NCBI GenBank assembly: GCA_964571635.1
Contig: CAZNCN010000001.1
Location: 37,705 to 101,704, forward strand
Direction: 5' to 3'
Source: an uncultured Ruminococcus sp.
Lineage (GTDB): Bacteria; Bacillota; Clostridia; Oscillospirales; CAG-382
Length of the DNA: 64,000 bases
Below the pieces are notes generated by a model. It saw only the letters and a list, made by a program, of their open reading frames with translations. It made no database searches and had not been told where the DNA came from. Both the position numbers and the translations under genes were made by a program. Below, one piece after another: positions 28,562-38,172 of the stretch (positions are counted from its first letter, which is position 1; every line of letters begins with the position of its first letter).

Positions 28562-30130
28562 TTATTTCACTCCGTATGCGTCAAGGAGTTCGTTAATATC
28601 TGCTTCCATATCGCCCTTGATGCTGTCAAGCTTGCTGGCGATATCGGCGGAATAAGACTGTGCAAGTGTCGAGAACACGCTCGAAACGCCGCCGAAATCG
28701 TGCAGAGCGCCGAGGTCGTACTTAATGTTGGCGAAGATATATTCGTCGAGCATCTCTTCAGACTCGGGGTCTTTGGTATCACGGCCCTTGAGTATGGTCT
28801 CATAGTATGCAGGTGTGATGGTGTTCTTTGCTTCTGCTGCCATTGCCTCGATCATGAATGCCGAGAACTCGGGGTCGGGAGCGGAAACAGGGATGGTTAT
28901 GCCATATGCCCACGTGCCGGAGCAAGGGGTATAATAGGTATCCTGCGTATCGTCGAGCTTGGGCAGCGGCAGGAAGCCCCATTCATTGAGGTCCTTGTAT
29001 GCGCGCAGCTTTTTGATAGCGCTGAATGCACTGTTATAGAACAGAGCACGGTTTTCGCCGAATACGTCAAGGCCTGCCTGCCAGATAGTAGTGCCCGAAA
29101 CGCTGATCTCGTTGCAATACAGTCTCCAGGTGTCCTTCTCGGCAAATCTCGACAGCACCTTCTGTGCGACGGTGATCGAGCGGTTGGTAGAGCCGATATA
29201 GATATAGGGCTTGCCCTGTGCGTTCTTGGTGACGAACGACTCGCCGGAAGCGAGATAATAGCTTACGGGCAGACCGTAGCTTGCGATCAGACCCCATTTG
29301 TCCTTATAGGTCATGCCTGCCTGGCCGTCGGACTCTTTGGTGTATGCCTTTGCGAGCTCATACATACGGTCGAATGTCCATTCGCCGTCTCTGACCTCCT
29401 GGAACAGGTCGATCTCTTCACCGAACGACTTGCTGACCTCCTCGAGCAGCGGCTTGTTAAAGAGCACTGCCGAGCTGACGATCTTCTGCATCAGCGAGAT
29501 ATCGCCGACTGCAAAATAAACGTTGTCGCCAATCGTCATGGTTTCGGTGAAGTTCTGATCCCACCAGGGCATTTCAAGGTTGATATACTCATCGAAATCG
29601 TTGAGAGGATAGAAATATTTCTGCTGTGCGAGTGTGGTAGCGTTACCGAGGAACGGCATTGCTGCGTCATAGCCGACACCGCCGCCCTGAACGCCGCCTG
29701 CATCGATATCCTTTTTAAGCTCGGTGACAACGTCGGGAACCGCATACGCCTTTATCTGAACCTTTTTGTATCTGTCATAAAGTGCATTGTTGCGGGCTGC
29801 GACTGCGCTGTTGAGCGCCTCGTCGGTGGTATCGTAAAGATCAGGCTCGATGTCCTCAGAGAAATAGGTGTCCTGGTTCTGGTTAGAATAAACGAGTACT
29901 TTGAAGACCTTTTCTTCTTCCCAGGTGTATTCGGGCAGATCGGGCTCGTATTTGCCCGTCTCATCGTTATAGCCGGGGATTTCGTTGCCGGGCTTTGAGG
30001 ATTCCTCAGCACCCGAGGGGGTCGATGATGTGCTGTCTTTCGAGGTGTCTGCCGTATCGTCTGCGCAGGATGCGAGCACGGGCAGAAGAACCATCACAAG
30101 GCAAAGCAGCAAAATGATGATTTTTTTCAT
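28562..30130 (-). CDS. ABC-transporter extracellular solute-binding lipoprotein (large sugar-binding type), paralog 1
   Basis: 522 aa. Lipoprotein signal with lipobox LASC, Ser/Thr/Asp linker, and an SBP family-1-like body. Clear paralog of the next gene. Confidence 0.7.
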   Translation of the reverse strand: MKKIIILLLCLVMVLLPVLASCADDTADTSKDSTSSTPSGAEESSKPGNEIPGYNDETGKYEPDLPEYTWEEEKVFKVLVYSNQNQDTYFSEDIEPDLYDTTDEALNSAVAARNNALYDRYKKVQIKAYAVPDVVTELKKDIDAGGVQGGGVGYDAAMPFLGNATTLAQQKYFYPLNDFDEYINLEMPWWDQNFTETMTIGDNVYFAVGDISLMQKIVSSAVLFNKPLLEEVSKSFGEEIDLFQEVRDGEWTFDRMYELAKAYTKESDGQAGMTYKDKWGLIASYGLPVSYYLASGESFVTKNAQGKPYIYIGSTNRSITVAQKVLSRFAEKDTWRLYCNEISVSGTTIWQAGLDVFGENRALFYNSAFSAIKKLRAYKDLNEWGFLPLPKLDDTQDTYYTPCSGTWAYGITIPVSAPDPEFSAFMIEAMAAEAKNTITPAYYETILKGRDTKDPESEEMLDEYIFANIKYDLGALHDFGGVSSVFSTLAQSYSADIASKLDSIKGDMEADINELLDAYGVK

Positions 30131-30157
30131 TTGAATTTAAATCTCCTTGATCAAAGC

Positions 30158-31693
30158 TCAGCCATCGTAGTTTGCGATGAGCTGATCGATTGCGGTCTGG
30201 GTAGCGTCCTTTGAGCTTGCGAGAGTCGAAGCTATGTCGGTGCTGCCGCTGGAGGTAAGTGTAGTGAGCACTGCACCTATGGAATTGAAGTTATAAACGA
30301 TGCCTACGTCATAAACGATATTCTTAAAGACATAGTCGTCGAGCATCTCTTCGGACTCGGGGTCCTTGGAGTCTCTGTCCTTAAGGACGACTTCATAATA
30401 TGCGTCGGTGAGGTAGTTCTTGGATTCGCAAGCGAGAACCTCGATCATATAAGCCGAGAATTCGGGGTTCTTGACGTTAGCGGGAATGACGATGCAGGTT
30501 GCATAGTCGGGGTTGGTGAAGGTATAGTATTCATCCTGAGCCTCTTCGTACTTAGGCATGGGCAGAATACCAAACTCAACGCCCTTGGTATAAGAGCGCA
30601 ACTTTTTAACAGCAGAGAATGCGTTGGTTCTGAACAGGCAGCGGCCTTCGCCGAAAACGTCGAGCGAGGTAGCCCAGATATTGGTGACCTTGCCGTTGTC
30701 ATTGTTGCAGATATAGCAGCCCCACGACTGATAGTCGGCATAGGTCTGCAGAAGCTTTTGAGCGACAGTCACAGAGCGGTCAGAGCCGATAGAGATCTGA
30801 GGAACGCCGCTTGCGTTGATGGTGCAGAAGTTCTGGCCTGCAGCAATATAATATGCTCTGGGGTCGGTGATAGAGGAAGAAAGTCCCCAGGTTGCGTTGG
30901 GATCGTCGCCGGTTGTACCAACATTGTTGCTGGCAGCCATTCTCGACAGCTCGACAAGGCGGTCGAACGTCCACTTGCCGTCTCTGACCTCTTGATAAAG
31001 GTCTGCGGTAGAGTCAATATCGTTGAGCATACCCTTGTTAAAGACGATCGAGAAAGAAACGATCTTGGGCATTATAGAGATATCGCCTGTGGTGAAGAAG
31101 GTCTTGCCCTTGATGGTTGCGGTCTCGGTTGCGGTATCCTCCCACCAGGGTGCGTCAAAATGCAGATAATCGCTGAAATTGTTGAGATCCTGCAGCTTGT
31201 TGTCGGCAGCGAGCAGTGCGGCAGCGCTCATAAAGGGCATTGCAGCATCAAAAAGATCCTCGCCTGTCAGAGCAACTTCTCTGATGTCGTCGGCAATCTT
31301 TTCGGTGTCATAGGTCTTGATCTCGACACCGTATCTCTCGAGTATGATATTGTTGCGCTCTTCGAGGGCGGCTCTTATGGCCTCGTCGGTGTTCTCGCGG
31401 GGCAGAACGTCCTCGTTGTAATAGGTCGATTCACCCTGCTCGTTGATAACGCCGATGGTGAACGTCTTTTGCTCGAAATCAAATTCAGGCATACTGTCAG
31501 GAAGGTGATAGACATCATTGTCCTCGTCGTAATAGGTCGAGTCGGCATCTGCGGTGCCGCTTGATTCACCTGATTGAGCGGGCGTGCTTGTGCCATCGGC
31601 CTTGCTTTCATCGCCGTTTGAGGGCGTGCAGGCGGTCAGCACAAGTGCTGTGAGCATCAGCAGACAAAGAATGAGTGATAATGCTTTTTTCAT
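30158..31693 (-). CDS. ABC-transporter extracellular solute-binding lipoprotein, paralog 2
   Basis: Start at MKKALSLIL... (31693). Lipobox LTAC. Colinear similarity to paralog 1, for example FDAAMPF, PWW(D/E), GDIS(L/I)M(Q/P)KIVS, EVRDG(E/K)WTFDR, KDPESEEMLD(E/D)Y. Confidence 0.7.
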   Translation of the reverse strand: MKKALSLILCLLMLTALVLTACTPSNGDESKADGTSTPAQSGESSGTADADSTYYDEDNDVYHLPDSMPEFDFEQKTFTIGVINEQGESTYYNEDVLPRENTDEAIRAALEERNNIILERYGVEIKTYDTEKIADDIREVALTGEDLFDAAMPFMSAAALLAADNKLQDLNNFSDYLHFDAPWWEDTATETATIKGKTFFTTGDISIMPKIVSFSIVFNKGMLNDIDSTADLYQEVRDGKWTFDRLVELSRMAASNNVGTTGDDPNATWGLSSSITDPRAYYIAAGQNFCTINASGVPQISIGSDRSVTVAQKLLQTYADYQSWGCYICNNDNGKVTNIWATSLDVFGEGRCLFRTNAFSAVKKLRSYTKGVEFGILPMPKYEEAQDEYYTFTNPDYATCIVIPANVKNPEFSAYMIEVLACESKNYLTDAYYEVVLKDRDSKDPESEEMLDDYVFKNIVYDVGIVYNFNSIGAVLTTLTSSGSTDIASTLASSKDATQTAIDQLIANYDG

Positions 31694-31755
31694 AATAGTG
31701 TCCTTTCGTGTTGTAATTGCGAGTGCAGATGGGTATGCACTATATTCTATTTTGT

Positions 31756-31784
31756 ATTTTATCACAAAAAAATACGGCTGTCAA
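31756..31784 (-). promoter_or_regulatory. Sigma-A-type promoter for the SBP gene pair
   Basis: On the minus strand: TTGACA, 17 bp spacer, TAAAAT, about 60 nt upstream of the SBP paralog 2 start. Confidence 0.5.
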
Positions 31785-31854
31785 CATTTATCAGTTGATT
31801 TTATGCACAATTGATGGTAAAGTAATAGCAGTCAAACCGAAAGGAGCGGTCAAA

Positions 31855-32598
31855 ATGTCGGAATCAGGCTCGATATTAAGATATGATTTAAGATATGAAT
31901 ATTATGGCTCTGTCACCTCGACCAACGAGCTTGTCAAGGCTCGGGCGGTGCAGGGCGAAAAAGAAGGGCTCGTCATAGTCGCCGAAAGTCAGACGGGCGG
32001 CAAGGGCAGGCTCGGACGCCGTTTTGTTTCGCAAAAGGACAGCGGACTGTATATGACATTGCTGCTGAGGCCGCAAGCAAAGCCATCAGAGCTTATGAAG
32101 CTGACGGCGATGACAGCATACGAGGTGTCGTGCGCAATCAAGCACGTCACAGGTATACAGACCTCGATAAAATGGGTCAACGACCTTTTTTATGACGGCA
32201 AAAAAATCTGCGGCATACTTGTCGAAAGCGGATTTGTCGGTCAAAATATAGACTTTGCAGCCGTCGGCATAGGCATCAACCTCGTCGACAACGGCATAAG
32301 CACGCTCGTTGACGGTGCGGGTGCGCTCGGCTGCGGTGTTTCTGTCAGAGAAACGCTGGCAAAAGAGATCGCCGAAGGCGTTCTCGAGGGCAGCAAAAAG
32401 CTCAAAACCGCCTATTTCATCGACGAGTACCGCCGCCAAAGCTGCGTCATCGGCAGGCGCATAAATGTCATCAAGAACGGCATCGTCACTCCGGCAACAG
32501 CAGAAGCGATAACAGACGACGCTTTTTTGTGCGTCAGGTATGACGACGGCAATACGGAGGTGCTGTCATCATTTGAGATCTCGGTGCGAAGCGTATAA
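31855..32598 (+). CDS. birA: Biotin--[acetyl-CoA-carboxylase] ligase, class I (no N-terminal HTH)
   Basis: GGKGRLGRRF signature. About 247 aa from the ATG at 31855, preceded by AAAGGAG. Confidence 0.8.
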   Translation: MSESGSILRYDLRYEYYGSVTSTNELVKARAVQGEKEGLVIVAESQTGGKGRLGRRFVSQKDSGLYMTLLLRPQAKPSELMKLTAMTAYEVSCAIKHVTGIQTSIKWVNDLFYDGKKICGILVESGFVGQNIDFAAVGIGINLVDNGISTLVDGAGALGCGVSVRETLAKEIAEGVLEGSKKLKTAYFIDEYRRQSCVIGRRINVIKNGIVTPATAEAITDDAFLCVRYDDGNTEVLSSFEISVRSV

Positions 32599-32615
32599 TA
32601 ATATGTAAAAACGTG

Positions 32616-32644
32616 TTGACAAAACACGATTTGACTGCTATACT
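32616..32644 (+). promoter_or_regulatory. Sigma-A-type promoter of the zur-znuACB operon
   Basis: TTGACA, 17 bp spacer, TATACT. Confidence 0.55.
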
Positions 32645-32674
32645 CCAATTTGAAAATGATTTTCAGATTGGAGT
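32642..32674. promoter_or_regulatory. Fur-family (Zur) operator: 16-1-16 inverted repeat with a perfect 7-1-7 core TGAAAATgATTTTCA
   Basis: ACTCCAATTTGAAAAT-G-ATTTTCAGATTGGAGT has one mismatch in 16. It overlaps the -10 and TSS region directly upstream of a Fur-family gene and the zinc ABC genes. Confidence 0.6.
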
Positions 32675-32680
32675 TTTATT

Positions 32681-33091
32681 TTGAGGAGCAGATATAACAC
32701 GAGGCAAAAGGACGCCATACGGCAGTTTCTCATCTCGCACAAAGATCAAAGCTATACCGCATCAGAGATATATGCTGCGCTCGCCGACACAGGCATCAGC
32801 AGGACGACCGTCTACAGGGCGCTTTCTGCACTCGAGGCAGACGGTTTCTGTGCAAAATACCCCAACGTGGCGACGCTCTGCGACAGCTATCAGTATCTCG
32901 AAAAAATGTCGTGCCACAGGCATATTCACTATATATGCTCAAAATGCGGCAAGGTCGGGCATCTCGACTGCGCTTTTATGGACGAATTGCGTGAGCACGT
33001 CGAGGGCGGTCACAACTTCAGCATAGACAGCGAGAGATCTATTATCTACGGCATATGCTCGACCTGCAAAGAGAGTGAGCAAAAGGCATGA
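32681..33091 (+). CDS. zur: Fur family transcriptional regulator (probable Zur)
   Basis: 136 aa. wHTH (SRTTVYRAL), two CxxC pairs (CSKCGK, CSTCKE), TTG start. First gene of the zinc-uptake operon. Confidence 0.7.
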   Translation: MRSRYNTRQKDAIRQFLISHKDQSYTASEIYAALADTGISRTTVYRALSALEADGFCAKYPNVATLCDSYQYLEKMSCHRHIHYICSKCGKVGHLDCAFMDELREHVEGGHNFSIDSERSIIYGICSTCKESEQKA

Positions 33092-34011
33092 AGCGTGTTT
33101 TGTCGGCATTGCTGGCCATTGCCTGCATATGCCTTTCCTCCTGTGCATATGAGCACGGAAAAAGTGACAGACTGAGTGTTGCGTGCCTCGATTTTGTTTC
33201 ATACGACCTTGCGCGTGCGGTCTGCGGCGAAAGAGCCGATGCAAGACTCATCATTCCGTCAGATGCCGATTCGCATTCACACGAGCTGACACTTTCCGAG
33301 TCGGCGGCACTGATGAGTGCCGACATAGTTATATACGGCGGCGGCGAAAACGACATTGCGGTCGAGCGTGCGGCAAACGCCTCGGGCAAGGATATTAAGC
33401 TGCTGAGGCTGATTGACTGTGTCGACTTGCTTTGCGCCGAGGACGAGCATGAGCATGAGCATGAACATGGGCACGAGCACGAATACGACGTTCACGTCTG
33501 GACCTCGCCGACAAACGCAATGCTCATCTGCGACAGGATATGCGATATTCTGTCGAGCCTTGACAAAGAGGGCGAGAGCGATTATCACAGTAACTGTGAC
33601 GAATACAAGGCAAAGCTGTCGTCGCTCGACAATGATTTTGCCGCCTTTTTTGCTTCTGTTGATTCGCCAATGCTGATAGTGGCAGATGTTTTTCCTTTCA
33701 GATATTTCGCATCGCGCTATTCGCTCGAATATGTTGCGGCGTTCAGTGGCTGCGCCGAGGGCGACATCGCCCCCGGTCTCGCAAATTTGGCAAAGCTCAA
33801 GAACGCACTCGAGCAGACGGGAATCGACGCTGTGTTTTACACCGAATTTTCGTCGCAGCTCACCGCAAAATGCGTTTCAGAAGAAACAGGCTGCCGCATT
33901 TTTCTGTTGCGCTCATGTCACAGGGTCGAGAGAGATCGGTTCGAAAGCGGAGTTACTTATATAGATCTTATGTATGAAAATCTCAAAACACTAAAGGAGG
34001 CGCTCGGCTGA
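33088..34011 (+). CDS. znuA: Zinc ABC transporter substrate-binding lipoprotein with His/Glu-rich loop
   Basis: Lipobox LSSC. ZnuA/AdcA-type cluster-9 SBP pattern. Loop EDEHEHEHEHGHEHEYDVHVW. Confidence 0.8.
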   Translation: MKRVLSALLAIACICLSSCAYEHGKSDRLSVACLDFVSYDLARAVCGERADARLIIPSDADSHSHELTLSESAALMSADIVIYGGGENDIAVERAANASGKDIKLLRLIDCVDLLCAEDEHEHEHEHGHEHEYDVHVWTSPTNAMLICDRICDILSSLDKEGESDYHSNCDEYKAKLSSLDNDFAAFFASVDSPMLIVADVFPFRYFASRYSLEYVAAFSGCAEGDIAPGLANLAKLKNALEQTGIDAVFYTEFSSQLTAKCVSEETGCRIFLLRSCHRVERDRFESGVTYIDLMYENLKTLKEALG

Positions 34012-34724
34012 TGCTGCTGCAATGCAAAAACGTTCAACTGTCATACGACGGTGTCGACGTCCTGCGCGGACTGTCGTTTGATCTCAGGGGCGGCGAATAT
34101 CTGTGCATACTGGGCGAAAACGGCTCGGGCAAATCGACGCTCGTAAAGGCGATACTCGGCTTAAAGCAGGTGTCCGAGGGTGCAATAATATACGGTGACG
34201 GGCTCAAGGCGACCGAAATAGGCTATATGCCGCAGCAGAACGGCGCAATGCGTGATTTTCCCGCTTCGGTATACGAGATAGTACTATCGGGCTGCCGCGG
34301 CAGGTCGATAGGCCCTTTCGCCTCTGCCGAACAAAAAAAGGCTGCCGACGACAGCCTGCGCAGACTTGGGATATACGACCTCAAGAAGCGCTCATACCGT
34401 GAGCTTTCGGGCGGTCAGCAGCAAAGAGTGCTGCTGGCAAGAGCGTTATGCGCCACCGAAAGGCTTTTGCTGCTCGATGAGCCTGTTGCGGCACTCGATC
34501 CGCTGATGACACACGAGCTTTATCAGGTAATAAAGCAATTGAACGAGAGCGGAATTACTGTCATAATGGTCTCGCATGATGTGACCTGCTCTGCCGAACA
34601 AGCAACGCACATACTGCATCTGCACGGCGGCGGATATTTCTTTGGCACTTCGCACGAATATATGCACAGCGAGATAGGCAAGTATTATATGGGAGAGGAG
34701 TGCCACAAATGCTTGAAACATTAA
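34011..34724 (+). CDS. znuC: Zinc ABC transporter ATP-binding protein
   Basis: Walker A GENGSGKST, signature LSGGQQQR, Walker B LLLLDEP. Confidence 0.85.
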   Translation: MLLQCKNVQLSYDGVDVLRGLSFDLRGGEYLCILGENGSGKSTLVKAILGLKQVSEGAIIYGDGLKATEIGYMPQQNGAMRDFPASVYEIVLSGCRGRSIGPFASAEQKKAADDSLRRLGIYDLKKRSYRELSGGQQQRVLLARALCATERLLLLDEPVAALDPLMTHELYQVIKQLNESGITVIMVSHDVTCSAEQATHILHLHGGGYFFGTSHEYMHSEIGKYYMGEECHKCLKH

Positions 34725-35542
34725 CAGAGCTTTTTGCGATGGAATACACACGCGGAATATTGCTGCGTGTGTTCGCCGTCGGCTCGGCGGTATCGCTTTG
34801 TGCCGCACTGCTCGGCGTGAACCTCGTTTTAAAAAGATATTCCATGATAGGCGACGGACTTTCGCACGTCGGCTTTGCCGCAATGGCGATAGCGTATGCG
34901 CTCGGAGCACAGCCAATGTATGTCGCTCTGCCAATAGTTGCGGTCGCGGCGTTCTTTCTGCTCAGATTGCAAGAGAACGGCAAGACCAAGGGCGATGCGG
35001 CGATAGCCGTCATATCGACAAGTGCGCTCGCCGTCGGAACAGTCGTGATAGCAAACTCACCGTCACTCTCGGGTGAGCTCGAAAGCTCGCTTTTCGGCAA
35101 CATTTATTCCGTCAGCGCATCTGACGTTTATCTCGGCGTGATACTTTCGATATTTGTAGCGGTGCTTTATCTCGTTTTTTACCGCCGCATATTCGCTGTG
35201 ACCTTTGACGAGCAATTTGCACGCGCAACAGGCGTCAGAGTCGGACTTTATAACACATTGCTCGCACTGCTCACCTCTGTCACAGTCGTGGTCGGAATGC
35301 GCCTGATGGGTGCGCTGTTGATATCGGCGCTGATAATATTCCCCTCTTTGACAGCAATGAAGCTTTTCAAAAGCTTTAAGGGCGTGGCGATAGCCTCGGC
35401 GATAATATCGCTCTGCGGCTTTTGCACAGGCAACCTCGTCGCCGCAGGACTCGACCTGCAGCCCGGCGCCTGTACCGTGCTGGTCAACCTCGTGATATAT
35501 CTCGTCTTTTCGGCAATATCGTTTGTAAAAAGCAAAGCATAA
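34709..35542 (+). CDS. znuB: Zinc ABC transporter permease
   Basis: ABC-3 family polytopic permease. The ATG at 34709, 9 nt after GGAGAGGAG, is preferred to the GTG at 34700. Confidence 0.85.
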   Translation: MLETLTELFAMEYTRGILLRVFAVGSAVSLCAALLGVNLVLKRYSMIGDGLSHVGFAAMAIAYALGAQPMYVALPIVAVAAFFLLRLQENGKTKGDAAIAVISTSALAVGTVVIANSPSLSGELESSLFGNIYSVSASDVYLGVILSIFVAVLYLVFYRRIFAVTFDEQFARATGVRVGLYNTLLALLTSVTVVVGMRLMGALLISALIIFPSLTAMKLFKSFKGVAIASAIISLCGFCTGNLVAAGLDLQPGACTVLVNLVIYLVFSAISFVKSKA

Positions 35543-35553
35543 AAACAATTCAA

Positions 35554-35582
35554 GGTCGGAATTTTTCCGACCCTGTTTTTTT
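35554..35582. terminator. Rho-independent terminator
   Basis: GGTCGGAA-TTT-TTCCGACC followed by CTGTTTTTTT, between convergent znuB and mscS. Confidence 0.65.
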
Positions 35583-35588
35583 ATTCAA

Positions 35589-36374
35589 TTATTTAAGCTG
35601 TATCTTTTCGTTGCAAAAAGCCTCTGTAATATCGTTCATCAGCTTTGCCTTGATGTCATAGATGTCGTCGGAGCTGCACCAGACACGGCAGCACAAAACA
35701 TTGCCAAATGCCTCTTGGCGCAGCAAAAACGCATTTACGGGCTTTGATGTGTCTATGCCCTCACACTCGGTGGCAACGCTCTTGATTATCTCGAGTGCCC
35801 TTTGCATATCACTGTCATAGGCTATTCTGAACTCGACATCAAGCCTGCGCTGCTCATAGGCAGAATAATTGATTATCGTGCCGTTGGTGAGCGAGCCGTT
35901 CGGAATGACAATGGTGCGATTATCCGGTGTTCTTAATGTGGTATAGAATATGCCTATAGATATAACAGTGCCCTCGTCGTCATGGTTGCTGATATAATCT
36001 CCAAGCGAAAACGGTCTGAATATCAACAGCATTATACCGCCCGCAAGGTTCGAGAGGCTGCCCTGCAGGGCAAGACCTATCGCAAGACCTGCCGAGCCGA
36101 GCAATGTCACTATCGCAGTCAGAGGCACTCCGAGCACCGCCGCAGCGGTAAACAAAACTATCGCCTTTATCGCGATATTGATAAAGCTTTTGACAAACGA
36201 GAACGTGCTCTCGTCAAGGTTGCGGGTTTTTGTCACCTTGGCAAGCCGCTTTGAAATGCTTTTTGCTATTCTGAAGCCTATTGCAATGATAAGCAGTGCG
36301 CCAAATATTCTGATCACCACATCGACGAGCGATGACGGCAGAGAATTGTTTATATACTCCAAAAAATCTTCCAT
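35589..36374 (-). CDS. mscS: Small-conductance mechanosensitive channel (MscS family)
   Basis: 261 aa with three TM helices, then FSLGDYI...GTVISIGIFYTTLRTPDNRTIVIPN, the MscS beta-domain signature. Confidence 0.8.
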   Translation of the reverse strand: MEDFLEYINNSLPSSLVDVVIRIFGALLIIAIGFRIAKSISKRLAKVTKTRNLDESTFSFVKSFINIAIKAIVLFTAAAVLGVPLTAIVTLLGSAGLAIGLALQGSLSNLAGGIMLLIFRPFSLGDYISNHDDEGTVISIGIFYTTLRTPDNRTIVIPNGSLTNGTIINYSAYEQRRLDVEFRIAYDSDMQRALEIIKSVATECEGIDTSKPVNAFLLRQEAFGNVLCCRVWCSSDDIYDIKAKLMNDITEAFCNEKIQLK

Positions 36375-36378
36375 ATTA

Positions 36379-38172
36379 TTATCTCATTCTGAGCCCTGTC
36401 GCGGTTGGAACGAACGCCTGCTGTGAAGCGTATTTGAGCAGCTCGTTGCCTCCGCCCGAGATAAGGTCTCTGACTATCGGGACGTTTTTGATGTCGCATA
36501 TCATATGTGACACGCCGTTTGAAAAAAAGTCTGCGCCCGGCAATTCCGAAAACGTGGTATTCAATCTGCCGCCGTGTGGCTCAAAGCGCAATGTCCTTAC
36601 CGCGCCCATCTCGACAAAATGTATCTTGACGAGCAATATTTCGTCGTCATCCTCGTCAATCATAAACCTGCCGACAGTCGCTATCTTATAGCTGTCCTCA
36701 CCTATAATTATCTCGCTTGTCGCCGCCTCGTCAAAGCCGACGGGGATCTTATAGACAGCATTGCCCTCTGCAACGGTCAGTATAAACCTGCCCATGACGA
36801 CATCGAACGAAATACGCTTGATGCCCTTTGCAAAGCAGTTGTGGCAGCATTGCAGGGTCAGCGGCAAAATGCCCGTCGATGCGCTTTCGATCGCCTGATA
36901 AAGATATGCAGAGCCGTCCCAATCAGCCACCTCGACAGGCAACGGCATGGGCACGCCCAGACGCTGCATCAAGGTTTTGGGCACTTTTGAAGTGCTAAAG
37001 GAATTCTGCAATTCACGCAAGGCGTTAAAGCCTCTGGCGTCACGCTTGAGCGGCATATCAGTCTGCGGCAGTCCGCCGAAATATTTGGTGCATATCTCAA
37101 ACGATATATTGTCGTGAAAGATATTCTCGTTGCCGCCTGTCATGCTGACTATTATGCCGTTTTGAGTAAAAACGAGCGTATTCTGCCCGAACATGCCGTT
37201 GAGCACCAGGATTTGCGGATCCTCGTTCACCCATATCTGATAGCCGTAATTGTAGTTCGATACTGCTTTTGGCACATCGGCATGCTTTTGGCACATATCG
37301 TCGATAAGTGCCTTTGAAACAATCTGCCTGCCCTGCCATTCGCCTCCTTGCAATATGAGCTGGCCTATCTTTGCCATGTCCTCAGGCAAGAGATAAAGTC
37401 CCCAGCCTCCGCAATCTATGCCGCAGGGGCACTTGCTCCAATACTTTTCGGTTATCTCAAGCGGCGCAAAAAGACGGGTTTCGAGATATTCGCTTGCCGC
37501 AAGCCCCGTAATTCTGGTTATTATCGCAGAAAGCATATAAGAATTCATGCTGTTGTATTCAAATACCGTGCCCGGCTCTGCTTTTGGTATCGATTCGAGG
37601 AAGCATCTGACCCAATCGGTCTCTGTGACAGCTGCGAACTCGTTGAGCCTGACGCCCGATGTCATATTCATCAGATGTCTGACCTTGAGCCCACGCTGCA
37701 GCGGATTGACCACCGAGGGCTTGAGGTCACCGAAAAAGCTCTGCACCCTGTCGTCAAGGCTTATTCTGCCCTCATCGATCAGCATACATATCGCAAGCCC
37801 GATCACAGTCTTTGAAAACGAATAGCAAACGTGCATAGTGTCAAAGCGATAGGGATATTTTGCCGCCTCGCATATGACCCTGCCGTTTTTGAGCACGAGC
37901 AGAGTGTTGATCGCCGCCCTGCGGTCGCCGAGCAATTCGTCGACGAAGTCGCAGAGCATTTCAGAGCTTACACCCTGCGACTCGGGCTCTGTGCGCTCGA
38001 AATACAGACAGCTTTCGGCAGGCGCATCAAAGTGCGGCTTGTTTTGCCGAGGCGCAACAAGCGGCTTGGTGCGTCCGCGTGATGCAAGGCGACGCAAAAG
38101 CGTCGCTGCTTTACGTTCGGTTATAACATCCATTACGGTGCTCCTCCTTTTTTGCGCCTGCCGATGCGGCAA
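36379..38172 (-). CDS. Serine hydrolase of the beta-lactamase/S12 (class C-like) fold with a C-terminal extension of about 200 aa
   Basis: 597 aa (or 584 from the ATG at 38133). SxxK motif in CYSFSKTV. General AmpC/DD-peptidase-like N-terminal domain, with a long beta-rich C-terminal region. Confidence 0.6.
   Translation of the reverse strand: MPHRQAQKRRSTVMDVITERKAATLLRRLASRGRTKPLVAPRQNKPHFDAPAESCLYFERTEPESQGVSSEMLCDFVDELLGDRRAAINTLLVLKNGRVICEAAKYPYRFDTMHVCYSFSKTVIGLAICMLIDEGRISLDDRVQSFFGDLKPSVVNPLQRGLKVRHLMNMTSGVRLNEFAAVTETDWVRCFLESIPKAEPGTVFEYNSMNSYMLSAIITRITGLAASEYLETRLFAPLEITEKYWSKCPCGIDCGGWGLYLLPEDMAKIGQLILQGGEWQGRQIVSKALIDDMCQKHADVPKAVSNYNYGYQIWVNEDPQILVLNGMFGQNTLVFTQNGIIVSMTGGNENIFHDNISFEICTKYFGGLPQTDMPLKRDARGFNALRELQNSFSTSKVPKTLMQRLGVPMPLPVEVADWDGSAYLYQAIESASTGILPLTLQCCHNCFAKGIKRISFDVVMGRFILTVAEGNAVYKIPVGFDEAATSEIIIGEDSYKIATVGRFMIDEDDDEILLVKIHFVEMGAVRTLRFEPHGGRLNTTFSELPGADFFSNGVSHMICDIKNVPIVRDLISGGGNELLKYASQQAFVPTATGLRMR

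Noticed and set aside
28529-29998. 489-aa plus-strand ORF, the longest uncharacterised ORF in the track.
   Set aside because: It is exactly antisense to the SBP lipoprotein gene (28562-30130). Its translation is Cys/Arg/Val/Leu-rich with no recognisable motif, RBS or signal. This is the typical shadow ORF of a GC-rich, codon-biased gene. The same reasoning applies to 30758-31564, 61850-62932, 7073-7846, 13756-14598 and similar antisense ORFs.
32585-32612. GGTGCGAAGCGTATAATAATATGTAAAAAC resembles pieces of dif/XerCD sites (GGTGCG...ATGTAAA), and ftsK is in the window.
   Set aside because: Spacing and arms do not align with the 11-6-11 dif layout (more than 10 mismatches in any register). The left part is the birA C-terminal coding sequence and the right part is ordinary AT-rich intergenic DNA.
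33442-33485. (GAGCAT)3-GAACAT-GGGCAC-GAGCAC hexanucleotide microsatellite.
   Set aside because: It encodes the in-frame His/Glu-rich metal-binding loop typical of ZnuA/AdcA proteins. Its length is a multiple of 3, so it is not a phase-variation switch.
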